Assembly (NCBI GenBank): GCA_965208125.1
Contig: OZ242320.1
Location: forward strand, 768,001 to 832,000
DNA from: Candidatus Latescibacterota bacterium
Lineage (GTDB): Bacteria; Latescibacterota; UBA2968
DNA length: 64,000 nucleotides
Direction of reading: 5' to 3'
Part shown: in pieces, positions 31,775 to 41,450 of the stretch
How positions within the stretch are numbered: position 1 is the first letter of the stretch
Layout of the letters: each line of letters begins with the position of its first letter
The notes under the pieces: generated by a model
Database searches by the model: none
Told to the model about the DNA's origin: nothing
The model's input: only the letters and a program-made list of their open reading frames with translations
Made by a program: the position numbers and the translations under genes

Positions 31775-31954
31775 TTATATCCTCCGAATGGTATCCCATC
31801 TCTCCCCGTATAACAGCACTACGGGGCAGGCTCTTTCACCTATATAGACACACCCCAGAACCATCCGGTTTTCTTTTGGACAAAAAAAAATCCGCAAAGC
31901 GGATTGTAGAATTCCTAAATAATTTTTAATGTCCTGTACCTCAGATCACAAACC

Positions 31955-32332
31955 TCACCGCGAATAATCAAGCCTGGCCAGGAGCATCGGCAAAGACCGA
32001 AGTTCTCGTTTCAGAGGATCCAGAACATAGCCCAGGGCTTCAAGAGTAACAACACCCAGAAGATTGCTATCGCCGGGTTCACCAAAAATAACAGGTGCTG
32101 CACCCCGGTGTTCTTTGTAGCGAAACAGCGCATCGCCCAAATCGCGTTCAATTTGATCGCCATTTGCCAGCGTAAAAGTTCGACGAGAATGCGGTCGAAT
32201 GCCCAATGCCTCAAGAACAGATCGCTGAACCACAGAATAGACAGCACCTGAGTCAATCAAAAAATGCTCGGTCTGAAAATCTTCTGAACGAGCGGGATTG
32301 GCGATATCAATGTCGAGAAATACGAGTCCCAT
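31955..32332 (-). CDS. Clan AA (retropepsin-like) aspartyl protease
   Basis: FLIDSGA active-site motif, LANG, LLGVVTLE. Confidence 0.85.
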   Translation of the reverse strand: MGLVFLDIDIANPARSEDFQTEHFLIDSGAVYSVVQRSVLEALGIRPHSRRTFTLANGDQIERDLGDALFRYKEHRGAAPVIFGEPGDSNLLGVVTLEALGYVLDPLKRELRSLPMLLARLDYSR

Positions 32333-32364
32333 GCTTTCAATAATAGGAAGGAAAATGTCAGGTG

Positions 32365-32682
32365 TTATTTGATCAGCAGCCCGGCGACGGCACAGATCGC
32401 AATAACGGCAGCAATGACACAAGAAATTTGCCAATTGCGCGTGTTGCCAAACTCTTGCTTTGCAGATTGTATTTCTTGTTTTAGTTCATCCCGTAAGTCC
32501 CGAAACCCCGCATCCATTCTACTGTTGACGTCGTCGATCTTGTCAAACAAGCGGTTTATAGCTTGTGTCAATTCGCTTTTGGTATTGTCAACATCGGTTT
32601 GCATACGTTCAACGCGCTTGCCAAATTGGTCAAATTGCCCCTTGAGTTCTGCTTGTTCTTTTTCAACTGCTTCAATCGCCAT
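32365..32682 (-). CDS. Small coiled-coil protein with C-terminal TM anchor
   Basis: Heptad-rich body, hydrophobic tail, GAGG RBS. Confidence 0.7.
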   Translation of the reverse strand: MAIEAVEKEQAELKGQFDQFGKRVERMQTDVDNTKSELTQAINRLFDKIDDVNSRMDAGFRDLRDELKQEIQSAKQEFGNTRNWQISCVIAAVIAICAVAGLLIK

Positions 32683-32888
32683 TTTTATCCTCTTGAACGA
32701 GTTTAAACTTAAGCACTTCTAAGGCGTGACCTCTTCGACTATCTGATCGCCTCTTCGCAAAAACTACCCGATAAAGGTTACATTGTCCAGCGATATTTTG
32801 CTTATTGCACTCGCTTGCCATCCGCCATTTCCTAGTGAACTGGTCTGGACTGCGACCAGTTGTACACCGTTCCACACTTCCTACTTCT

Positions 32889-33677
32889 CTACGGCATCCC
32901 TCTTCGCCCACCGCCATCCATATAAATCGAACTGCCAAACACATAAGAACACGCCTCAGACGCCAAAAAAGCAACGACATTGGCGATCTCTTCAGGCTCA
33001 GCCATACGCCCGGCGGGCAACTCTGCGCCCAGGTCTTTGAGCACCGCCTCGACATCTCGCCCCTCGCGGTCTGCCCGCGCCCTTTGTTGCGAACGTGCGC
33101 GGGGCGTATTGGTCAACCCCGGGCAAACCGCATTCACCAGAACACCATCGCCAGACACCGCATCGGACAGCGCGCGCGTCATATTCAAAATGATCGCATT
33201 TGCCGCCCCCGTCGGAATATTGCCCCGCGTAGGACTCGTACCCGCGCCACCCGCGACATTGACAATACGCCCCCATCCACTTTCTCGCATCAACGGAATC
33301 ACCAACTGCGTCATCCGCAAATAACTATAGCTCTTCAACGCCAACGCCTCGCTAATCTGCGCCACATCCAAATCCAAAATATCGTCATTGCGCGCAGCAC
33401 CCACATTATTGACCAGCACATCCACACCCCCAAACGCGCCTATAGCCTCATTCACCACCACCTCACAATTCTCCTCCAGCGTCAAATCAACCGCAACCGC
33501 ATGCCCTTCCCCGCCCGCTGCATTAATCTCGACAACCACCGCATCCAACGTCTCCTGCGTACGCGCCGCAATACACACACGCGCCCCTTCCCGCGCCAAT
33601 GCCAGCGCGCAACAACGCCCAATCCCCTGACTGCCACCCGTAACAACCGCCCGCTTACCTTTCAATCCCAAATCCAT
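32889..33677 (-). CDS. SDR family oxidoreductase
   Basis: TGGSQGIG, DVLVNN, VNAVCPG, DGG. Confidence 0.92.
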   Translation of the reverse strand: MDLGLKGKRAVVTGGSQGIGRCCALALAREGARVCIAARTQETLDAVVVEINAAGGEGHAVAVDLTLEENCEVVVNEAIGAFGGVDVLVNNVGAARNDDILDLDVAQISEALALKSYSYLRMTQLVIPLMRESGWGRIVNVAGGAGTSPTRGNIPTGAANAIILNMTRALSDAVSGDGVLVNAVCPGLTNTPRARSQQRARADREGRDVEAVLKDLGAELPAGRMAEPEEIANVVAFLASEACSYVFGSSIYMDGGGRRGMP

Positions 33678-33690
33678 TTACTCACTCCGT

Positions 33691-34470
33691 TTATGCAATT
33701 TCCTTTCTAATCCCATCCCACTCCCGCCAGATATCCATAAACACATCCTTGCCATTCTCCCCGATATCGACATGCCTCGCCCTGAAAATCACGGCATATC
33801 GAATATCTGGACACGCATTAATCGCCGCCGTATGAATAATCTGATGATGCGCCAGAATGAGATCGCCAGGCTCACCGGTCAACTGCACCGGACCTTCGGG
33901 CACCGTCACATCGGGCATATAATTCAACAAAATCTCATGCCCTTTTTCCCGAAAAACATCCTCCATCACATGGTGTGACTTTGGCCAAACCGTAAAATTG
34001 CCGCAATACGGCGCGGGCACATCATCCAGATAAACCACGGCAAAAGCCGTAAAATCCCGACTATAACCGCTCTCTTCAACTGTCCCCCTCAAAAAATCGC
34101 GCGCCTTTGCAATCCCATCCAGATGCCCACCCGTTCGCAATGGCGGACCCGCAGTCGCGAGTTGGGGATCCCGTTGTGGCGTCCCAACCGGCGCGGGAAA
34201 ATTCAGCTTTATAGCACCGTGGCCCTGGCGTTGCAAATTCCCCTTACCCAAAGCCGATTCGAGCAATGAAAACACCGGCGTCTCGTTAAACATATCCGTA
34301 ATCACCGGCATCGCGCGAATATCCCCAAAAGAACGCCTGTCGCCCTTCCCAATCTCCGCATTAATTGCCTGCCGTGCCGCCTCCACCATCACCCCTGGCA
34401 CAGCACCCTCAATTTTCAAAAATCCTTCGCTGTAAAATTCCAACTTCTGAGACTTTGTCAATTCCATCAC
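33691..34470 (-). CDS. PhyH-family dioxygenase
   Basis: EFYSEGF, GHLDG, VWPKSH, GDLILAH..IH, R. Confidence 0.85.
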   Translation of the reverse strand: MMELTKSQKLEFYSEGFLKIEGAVPGVMVEAARQAINAEIGKGDRRSFGDIRAMPVITDMFNETPVFSLLESALGKGNLQRQGHGAIKLNFPAPVGTPQRDPQLATAGPPLRTGGHLDGIAKARDFLRGTVEESGYSRDFTAFAVVYLDDVPAPYCGNFTVWPKSHHVMEDVFREKGHEILLNYMPDVTVPEGPVQLTGEPGDLILAHHQIIHTAAINACPDIRYAVIFRARHVDIGENGKDVFMDIWREWDGIRKEIA

Positions 34471-34477
34471 ACTCTCC

Positions 34478-35239
34478 TCACGGTGACCACAGACCCCAAT
34501 CTTCCGTCTTCTTCCATCGGGTCTGACACCCTTTACACGAACAAAAATACCGCATCATCCAGCGTGGGCGCCCGCCCACATTTGCCGTGCCATTGTGTCC
34601 AAATAAATACGTAAAAAACAACACATCCCCACGTTTAGGCGTCAACTCAATCGGATCGCCCAACTCCAGCCCGGGAATATCCCGGTTCAGATGAAACAGA
34701 TATTTGTACTTTTCTCGATCCGACTCTGCCAATGCGAGAATCTTGCGATGCGAACCGGGAAAAATCGCCGTCCCACCCCCCTTGTGTTTCACATCGCTCA
34801 AAAATACCAGACTCGCAATGCGATAAGGACCGGGAAACGTCTCGTGCATGTGTTCTTTGGGAATGCCATCAACGTGCGCCCTGGGCAAAGACCACTCCCC
34901 ATTGACCGGAACTTTATTTTGCGTGTGAACCGCTTCAGGTGGATGCACCTCCTCTTCGCCGACCAACTCAGCCGTCGCCTTCAAATAGTGCGGCGTTGCA
35001 CAGGCCATCAAATCCCGATCACGAAGACCGTTGAACACCGACAATCCCCGCGCAGCCTGAAAACCAGCAACACCTTCGGGTTCTCGATGCCAGGTCTCTG
35101 GATCACCCGGCGCCATACCCATAATCCGCCACATTGCAGCTTCTGCCCGTTCTGCCACATCCTCGGGAATCAAACCCGACGCCAGAAGATACCCATCTCT
35201 TTCGTATTGCGCGCGTTGCGCTTCCGTTAAAACTCCCAT
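34478..35239 (-). CDS. PhyH-family dioxygenase
   Basis: YERDGY, AHVDG, FPGSH, GDVLFF...GH. Confidence 0.85.
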   Translation of the reverse strand: MGVLTEAQRAQYERDGYLLASGLIPEDVAERAEAAMWRIMGMAPGDPETWHREPEGVAGFQAARGLSVFNGLRDRDLMACATPHYLKATAELVGEEEVHPPEAVHTQNKVPVNGEWSLPRAHVDGIPKEHMHETFPGPYRIASLVFLSDVKHKGGGTAIFPGSHRKILALAESDREKYKYLFHLNRDIPGLELGDPIELTPKRGDVLFFTYLFGHNGTANVGGRPRWMMRYFCSCKGCQTRWKKTEDWGLWSP

Positions 35240-35259
35240 AGGATTCCTCCATTAGCCAT

Positions 35260-36120
35260 TCAATTCCACGACGTCAAACCCAACAACTTCTCACCCAATT
35301 CCGTCAACTTCGCCGGCTTCTGCGTCTTGTGTTCCCAATCCCTCGGATCACCCGGCCAGCGGGGCGTGGGTCTGCACGCTCGCCATGCCTGAATGCGCTC
35401 TTCCCGCTCTGCCTCTCCCCGACCCTCTGCTGGCGACATCGTAATATACTGCGCCAGACGGGGCCTATCCGAGCGATTGTGCCCATTGCCGTGTGCCAGC
35501 AACCGATGCCAGATCAAAAGATCGCCCGCCCTGCCCGGAATCGACTTCACTTCCAGATCATCCAGATTGGGTCGCCGGGGATCGCGATCCTCTGGCTGTG
35601 TCTTGACCCACTCCTCAAAAATATTATTAAACCCCGGCACACACTGAAACCCGCCCTGATCCTCTGAAGTATCCGTCAAATACAACACCCCCTGCACCCC
35701 AAAAGGCACTTTGGGCACAGACGTATCCGTATCCCAGTGAATCATGCCCTCATTTTGCCAATCGGGTTTATCCGCCCGCGAAGGCGGCTTCATATTCGCG
35801 CGATCCAGGGACACCCACAACTTCTCCGTACCCCAAATTTCGGAAAACGCCTGATGCAAGCGGGGATACTGCCGGTTATCCCACAACGCCTGATGCTGGT
35901 AAATCTCCACCATCCCCGATGCCGCAATCATCGAACACGGATTCCCGCGCGTATAGGGTTTGTACTTGTACCAATCCTCTGGATTATCGCGATCCATATC
36001 CAAAAATGTCCAGACCGCATCCACCATCGCATCCAAATTCTCCTGCGGCACCGCATTGTGTACCACCACATACCCATTCTCACGCCAAAAATCCCAATCC
36101 TTCTCGCTCAAAACTGGCAT
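35260..36120 (-). CDS. PhyH-family dioxygenase
   Basis: ENGYVV, IHWD, QGVLYLTD, GDLLIWH..AHG. Confidence 0.88.
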   Translation of the reverse strand: MPVLSEKDWDFWRENGYVVVHNAVPQENLDAMVDAVWTFLDMDRDNPEDWYKYKPYTRGNPCSMIAASGMVEIYQHQALWDNRQYPRLHQAFSEIWGTEKLWVSLDRANMKPPSRADKPDWQNEGMIHWDTDTSVPKVPFGVQGVLYLTDTSEDQGGFQCVPGFNNIFEEWVKTQPEDRDPRRPNLDDLEVKSIPGRAGDLLIWHRLLAHGNGHNRSDRPRLAQYITMSPAEGRGEAEREERIQAWRACRPTPRWPGDPRDWEHKTQKPAKLTELGEKLLGLTSWN

Positions 36121-36214
36121 CTTTGTTCTCCTTTTCTCTAAAAATATATCCGAATAGGTATAACGCCTTCCAGCTCTTCTTTTTTATCTGCGTTCAGGCT
36201 CAAATTATTCGCCT

Positions 36215-37123
36215 TCATTCTGCGGATCGCCTTCTCACTTCAGTCCCCGCAGTCTTCTCCGCCACCTTAATCGACGCTGTCTGATCTTCATCACCCAACC
36301 CCATCCCCATCGCGATGGTCTGAATCTGATACGCAGCCGCGCCCATCAAATTTGTCGCACCCAGTGAAGCGGCCATCTGCGCAGCCAACCCGAGATCCTT
36401 GTGCGACAACCGCAATTTAAAATAGGGTTCAAAATTTCGCGCCAGTGCGCGGCGCTTAAAACTCCCCTGCAAATGCGACGAATTTGCAGCCGTATTCGAC
36501 ATCACATTCCACAACACACCCACATCCAACCCCGCAGCAGCACCCATCGCAAAAGCCTCACCCAACAGCGTAGCAACCGAACACGACACCAGATTATTGA
36601 CCAGCTTAGTCGTCACACCCATGCCCAACTCGCCACAATAAAACTGCTCGTCGCCTAACGTATCCAGCACATCTTGCACAGACGCCACCACATCGGCATC
36701 GCCGCCAATCATCAGCGTCAATCCCCCCCGCGCCGCGTCTGCCGGACCCTTGCCCACAGGCACATCCAGCATATACCCGCCCTTTTCCGCTATAACCCTG
36801 CCAACCCTGCGCGTCGTATCCGGATCAATCGAACTCATATCGATATAAACCTGCCCCACCGACAACCCGGAAACAATACCATCCGGTCCCAAAGCGACTT
36901 GCTCAACAGCTTGCGGCGTCGGCAGCGAAGAAATAACAACCTCCGACTGCTCGGCAACCGCCCGGGGCGTATTCACCCCCGTTGCCCCCTTCTCCTGCAA
37001 AACCTGCACCGCTTCATCGCGCAAATCGTGAACCGCGACATCATAACCACTCGCAACCAGATGACTCGCCATCCCACCACCCATCATCCCCAGCCCCACA
37101 TATCCCAATTTTCGTTTCACCAT
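36215..37123 (-). CDS. 3-hydroxyisobutyrate/tartronate-semialdehyde reductase-family dehydrogenase
   Basis: GYVGLGMMG, DMSS, DVPV, KLVNN, KDL. Confidence 0.9.
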   Translation of the reverse strand: MVKRKLGYVGLGMMGGGMASHLVASGYDVAVHDLRDEAVQVLQEKGATGVNTPRAVAEQSEVVISSLPTPQAVEQVALGPDGIVSGLSVGQVYIDMSSIDPDTTRRVGRVIAEKGGYMLDVPVGKGPADAARGGLTLMIGGDADVVASVQDVLDTLGDEQFYCGELGMGVTTKLVNNLVSCSVATLLGEAFAMGAAAGLDVGVLWNVMSNTAANSSHLQGSFKRRALARNFEPYFKLRLSHKDLGLAAQMAASLGATNLMGAAAYQIQTIAMGMGLGDEDQTASIKVAEKTAGTEVRRRSAE

Positions 37124-37146
37124 CTCACCTCTTCAAATGCTAAATG

Positions 37147-37620
37147 TTAATCAACACTCGGATCCGGATGAATTGGATCAACCCAATACACCTTCTCCGG
37201 CTCTTCAACAACCGGAATATCCAGATTCACCACCACAGGCTCCTGATCGCTGCGCACCAGCACGCACTCCAGAGGCTCATCCACACTGGCATTGATCTCC
37301 TGATGCGGCACGTAGGGTGGCACATAAATAAAATCACCCGGACCCGCCTCTGCCACATACTCCAACTGATCGCCCCATCTCATGCGCGCCCTGCCGCTCA
37401 CCACATAAATCACACTCTCCAGCGCCCCGTGGTGATGCGCCCCCGTCTTTGCATTCGGATGAATCTCAACCGTACCCGCCCACAACTTCTCAGCTCCCGC
37501 ACTCGCCCGATTAATCGCCGCTGCCCGCGTCATCCCCGGTGTCTGAGGCGTATTAAAATCCAACTGATCACCTGTCACCACCCGCACCCCCTGATTTCGC
37601 CAATCCTTATTTTCTAACAT
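37147..37620 (-). CDS. Cupin-domain protein
   Basis: HHHGALES..YV..G and GDFIYVPPYVPHQE. Confidence 0.9.
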   Translation of the reverse strand: MLENKDWRNQGVRVVTGDQLDFNTPQTPGMTRAAAINRASAGAEKLWAGTVEIHPNAKTGAHHHGALESVIYVVSGRARMRWGDQLEYVAEAGPGDFIYVPPYVPHQEINASVDEPLECVLVRSDQEPVVVNLDIPVVEEPEKVYWVDPIHPDPSVD

Positions 37621-37640
37621 AACACCTCCATCCAGAGCGC

Positions 37641-39107
37641 CTATCCAATCGCCTCTCGCTCGCGCCAGCGATACATCCGCAAAGCCGGATCATTGGTCTC
37701 CACCATCCACTGCTGCAACCGCGCCTTCAATCGCGCCACATCATCGGCATAATCGGGATCATCAATCACATTATTCATCTCATGGGGATCGTTCTTCAGA
37801 TCGTACAACTCGTCCTGCCCCGTCAAATTACACCCGTATTTCAAATCCCCCATACGCAGCATCTTCATCGACGTAGCCACATTGCCCAAACCCAAAAACT
37901 CCGTCACCACAGCATCGCGCCAACCCGTCGCCTCGCCGCGAACAAGCGGCAACAGCGACGCACCGTGAATCGCATCCCCATCATAATGTCCACCTGCCAG
38001 ATCCAAAATCGTGGGATACATATCCGCCAGCGAAGCAAACTCCGCAACGCGCGCTCCCGCATGTGAACCATCCGGCAACCGAATAATCATCGGAACATGA
38101 TGCGTCTCTTCAAAATGATGCCACCCCTTATCCAGCAACCCCCCGTGACTGCCCAGCGTCTCGCCGTGGTCCGCCGTAAAAATCAGCACCGTATTGTCCA
38201 ATTCTCCACTCGCCTTCAAATAATCGTACAGCCGACCAATCTGACTGTCGATCATCGACACCCGCGCATAATAATAGCGCACCGCCATCGCCCAATCTTC
38301 CCACGTCAAATTTTCCTTATCCCAGTGAATCTTCAAATGATGCGGACCGGGAATCTCCCGCGAAGGCCACTCGTAATTTCCCCACGGCGGAATCTCCACA
38401 TCCCGATACCAGTCCAGAAACTCACCCGTCGCGTGATACGGCCCGTGCGGACCCCAGAAATTCAAACTGATAAAATACGGCAGCTCGCGCTCTCGAAACG
38501 ACCTGCTCATCTCAATCACATTATCCACCAGATACGCCGGCACCGTCGCCTCCGTTGGCACAGTCAACTCACCCACTCCTTTGCGGACCATTGTAGTCGC
38601 CTCTGCCCAGGGCTTCACGCCCGGCTCATAACCCTTTGCCCGCGCCCATGCCTGATAATCCGAATAACTCGAACCAGCCCCGCCGTGCCCGGCAAAATCC
38701 TGCCCTTCATACCCGATACGCGAAGGCGAAGATGGCCTATTCGACCCCTGAAATGTCTGTGTCTTCTCAGAGCCGAGATGCCACTTCCCCGTATATCCCG
38801 TCCCATAACCCGCCGCTTGCAAACGCCGCGACAACAGTTCGGGCCGATCCTCCAACTCGTGAACACTACACCCCACCTCGTGGATATTTGACGTAATGCC
38901 GTGGGTATGCGGATACACGCCCGTTTGCAGCGTACCCCGCGCCGGACTACACACCGGATAAACCGTATAAGCATTCTCAAACAACACGCCCTCTGCTGCA
39001 AGGCGATCGATATTCGGCGTACGGCACGGCGTCTCACCATAAGCACTCACGCCCGACAGGCGATGTTGGTCAGTTAAAATAAAAATAATATTAGGTCTAT
39101 CTGCCAT
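37641..39107 (-). CDS. Sulfatase (Cys-type)
   Basis: RPNIIFILTDQHR, CSPAR, GKWHLG, ADHG. Confidence 0.93.
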   Translation of the reverse strand: MADRPNIIFILTDQHRLSGVSAYGETPCRTPNIDRLAAEGVLFENAYTVYPVCSPARGTLQTGVYPHTHGITSNIHEVGCSVHELEDRPELLSRRLQAAGYGTGYTGKWHLGSEKTQTFQGSNRPSSPSRIGYEGQDFAGHGGAGSSYSDYQAWARAKGYEPGVKPWAEATTMVRKGVGELTVPTEATVPAYLVDNVIEMSRSFRERELPYFISLNFWGPHGPYHATGEFLDWYRDVEIPPWGNYEWPSREIPGPHHLKIHWDKENLTWEDWAMAVRYYYARVSMIDSQIGRLYDYLKASGELDNTVLIFTADHGETLGSHGGLLDKGWHHFEETHHVPMIIRLPDGSHAGARVAEFASLADMYPTILDLAGGHYDGDAIHGASLLPLVRGEATGWRDAVVTEFLGLGNVATSMKMLRMGDLKYGCNLTGQDELYDLKNDPHEMNNVIDDPDYADDVARLKARLQQWMVETNDPALRMYRWREREAIG

Positions 39108-39867
39108 TTAATCCCTCCCAATATTCCCACATATCATCTGGTGTTTCAAACTGCAACTCATTCCAATTCTTCCACTTAAACCGCGTAAACAACCCCATGC
39201 GGATATTGCGACTGCAATTCTTACTCGCGCTGTGAACCATCAAACCGTGCCAGAAAACCACCGTCCCCGCGGGACCAGTAATCTCCATCGGATCGGGCAA
39301 ATCAATAATCGTCCCCATGTGAATCTGATTGGGCGGCTCATCGGGATCTAAAAACTGGCGATTCACACTCAACAAAGAATGCGACTTAAAATAATCCGCC
39401 ATCTTCTCATGCGTACCGGGCCACACGCAAAATCCCCCTGAGCGGGGCTTGATATCACAGAGATACACAGTCGCAGCAATCGTAAAACCCGCCACCGTCA
39501 AATCTTTTTGCCCATAGCCATCTACATGCCCACCCGAAGGCTTTGACCACTTATCCGTACCCGTGGGATAGCGGAACAACGGCGTCGGCTCAGCCCACTC
39601 GGTCAACCGCCCTTTGCCCGCCATCTCTTCGGCCATATCAAACACACCGTAATCATACACAATCGACCTGTGCAACGTCGGAGTCTTGCTCTCAGGCTTC
39701 TTCGGCTCGGCATTCACCCACGTCTTCGGATCGTGGCGGTCTGCCCAAACACCATGCCAGAGGCCATCCACGGCGCGTTCCATCAAATCCTCGGGCAAAA
39801 CATCCCGCTTAACGAGATACCCATTATCTTTAAAAAACTGTTTCTCATCATGAGTAAGCAACCCCAT
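39097..39867 (-). CDS. PhyH-family dioxygenase
   Basis: DNGYL, GHVDG, WPGTH, FWH..VHS. Close paralog of 44235..44975. Confidence 0.85.
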   Translation of the reverse strand: MGLLTHDEKQFFKDNGYLVKRDVLPEDLMERAVDGLWHGVWADRHDPKTWVNAEPKKPESKTPTLHRSIVYDYGVFDMAEEMAGKGRLTEWAEPTPLFRYPTGTDKWSKPSGGHVDGYGQKDLTVAGFTIAATVYLCDIKPRSGGFCVWPGTHEKMADYFKSHSLLSVNRQFLDPDEPPNQIHMGTIIDLPDPMEITGPAGTVVFWHGLMVHSASKNCSRNIRMGLFTRFKWKNWNELQFETPDDMWEYWEGLNGR

Positions 39868-39892
39868 GATACACTCCCTTTATACAAAACGC

Positions 39893-39921
39893 TTGCCAAT
39901 GATATCAGATTCTGCTATCAT
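39893..39921 (+). promoter_or_regulatory. Sigma70-type promoter of hicAB with overlapping palindromic operator
   Basis: TTGCCA-17 bp-TATCAT. ATGATATCAGATTCTGCTATCAT (39899-39921) is a near-perfect inverted repeat. Confidence 0.7.
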
Positions 39922-39928
39922 CTAAACA

Positions 39929-40180
39929 ATGAACCGACGACACCAGAACACCTTAAACGACATCTTCAGAACGCCCGTCCCTTCCACATTGGAATGGCGG
40001 CGTATCGAAGCCCTTTTCAAAGCACTTGGAGCCAGAACTATTGAAGGCAGAGGTTCGCGCGTGAGATTTGAACTGAACCGCGTTATCGCTACTTTTCGCC
40101 CTCATCCCCAGAAAGAGGCGAAGCCATATCAAGTGCGTGATGCCAGACACTTTCTACAACAAGCGGGAATAACACCATGA
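39929..40180 (+). CDS. hicA: HicA-family toxin
   Basis: W..IEALF..LG...EGRGSRVRF.LN...RPHPQKEAKPYQV. Overlaps hicB (ATGA). Confidence 0.88.
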   Translation: MNRRHQNTLNDIFRTPVPSTLEWRRIEALFKALGARTIEGRGSRVRFELNRVIATFRPHPQKEAKPYQVRDARHFLQQAGITP

Positions 40181-40512
40181 ACACTATGACATATAAAGGA
40201 TATGCCGCTCGCATTGAATACAGCGATGAAGACCATTGCTTTATTGGTCACATAGCGGGCATCAACGACATCGTAGGGTTTCACGGCGATTCAGTTGCAC
40301 AACTGCGTACCGCATTTGAAGAAGCAGTGGAAGATTATCTCGAAACCTGCGAAAAATTAAATCGTCCTCCACAAAAGCCCTATTCTGGCAATTTGATGTT
40401 GCGCCTTCCCCCAGAAGTTCACGCAGCGATTGCCACAGCTGCTGAAGTCAGTGGCAAAAGCATCAATCAATGGACAACCGATACACTCGCTGATATCCTG
40501 CAGACACACTAA
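40177..40512 (+). CDS. hicB: HicB-family antitoxin
   Basis: YKGY.ARIEY, F.EAVEDYL, KPYSGNLMLR..PEVH, RHH tail. Confidence 0.92.
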   Translation: MNTMTYKGYAARIEYSDEDHCFIGHIAGINDIVGFHGDSVAQLRTAFEEAVEDYLETCEKLNRPPQKPYSGNLMLRLPPEVHAAIATAAEVSGKSINQWTTDTLADILQTH

Positions 40513-40514
40513 CA

Positions 40515-41369
40515 CTAAGCCGCCACGGCTTTCTCACCCAGATGCTCCTCAATCCACGCCTTCAAAGGCACATCCTCGGGTTTGGGCGACGTATATCCAA
40601 AACCACCCGAAGGACTCGCACCCAACAACTGCCTGCGAATGGGATCGCTCCGCTCCATAAAATGATCCACCGTCATATTGTCGCGGGGCCTCAACCAGCG
40701 ATAGCTATAGCCGTAAAACAGCGTACGCCTGGGCGAATCCCAATAATTTGTACTGCTCGAATGCCAGATACGCCGATCAAAAACAACCGCACTACCTTTC
40801 GGCACACACACTTGCATGCCGCCCTCGGGCATTTCCGAGCGACTTTCGCCCGGAAACACATTGCCCAGATGCGAACCGGGAACCACAACAAAATTCCCGC
40901 GACCAGGCTCTGAAGCATCCGTCAAAAAGAACGCCACCTTCAGCGAAATCCTCGGGCGCGGATTCGTCTCAATATCGAGATTGAGGCGACCGCTATCCTG
41001 GTGAAATCCAAGCCCCGGTCCATCTTTATCAAGCGACTTTTCCGGACCAACAGGAGGCGTCACAATCATATGAGAATGATACAGCTGAATATTCCAATTC
41101 AGCAACCCCCATACCTTTGGAAAAGTCTTATACCAATCGAGCAACTCCAAAAACAAATCGTCCTGACCGATAAAATCCAGCATATTGGACCGCTGATCCG
41201 GCCCAATGCCCTCTCGCTCTCGATGCGCGCCATCCACGCGATCTACAACCGGCACCAACTCATCCACCAGATCCTCTGGCAACACGCTCTCGAGAATAAA
41301 AAATCCATCGCGTTCAAACTTCAACCGCTCCTCTTCGGTCACGCAATAATCCAGACATCTCGCGTCCAT
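40515..41369 (-). CDS. PhyH-family dioxygenase
   Basis: FERDGF, FHQD, VPGSH, FDRRIWHS, YSYRW. Confidence 0.88.
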   Translation of the reverse strand: MDARCLDYCVTEEERLKFERDGFFILESVLPEDLVDELVPVVDRVDGAHREREGIGPDQRSNMLDFIGQDDLFLELLDWYKTFPKVWGLLNWNIQLYHSHMIVTPPVGPEKSLDKDGPGLGFHQDSGRLNLDIETNPRPRISLKVAFFLTDASEPGRGNFVVVPGSHLGNVFPGESRSEMPEGGMQVCVPKGSAVVFDRRIWHSSSTNYWDSPRRTLFYGYSYRWLRPRDNMTVDHFMERSDPIRRQLLGASPSGGFGYTSPKPEDVPLKAWIEEHLGEKAVAA

Positions 41370-41450
41370 AACAACACGCCTCCTTAACTCCGTGTGAGTG
41401 GAAAACCCTCTCCCGATTCCATCACCAGAATACTACACCTGCGCATCAAC

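Noticed and set aside
41384-41446. 20-codon ORF between PhyH genes
   Set aside because: Too short, no motif, and plausible by chance.
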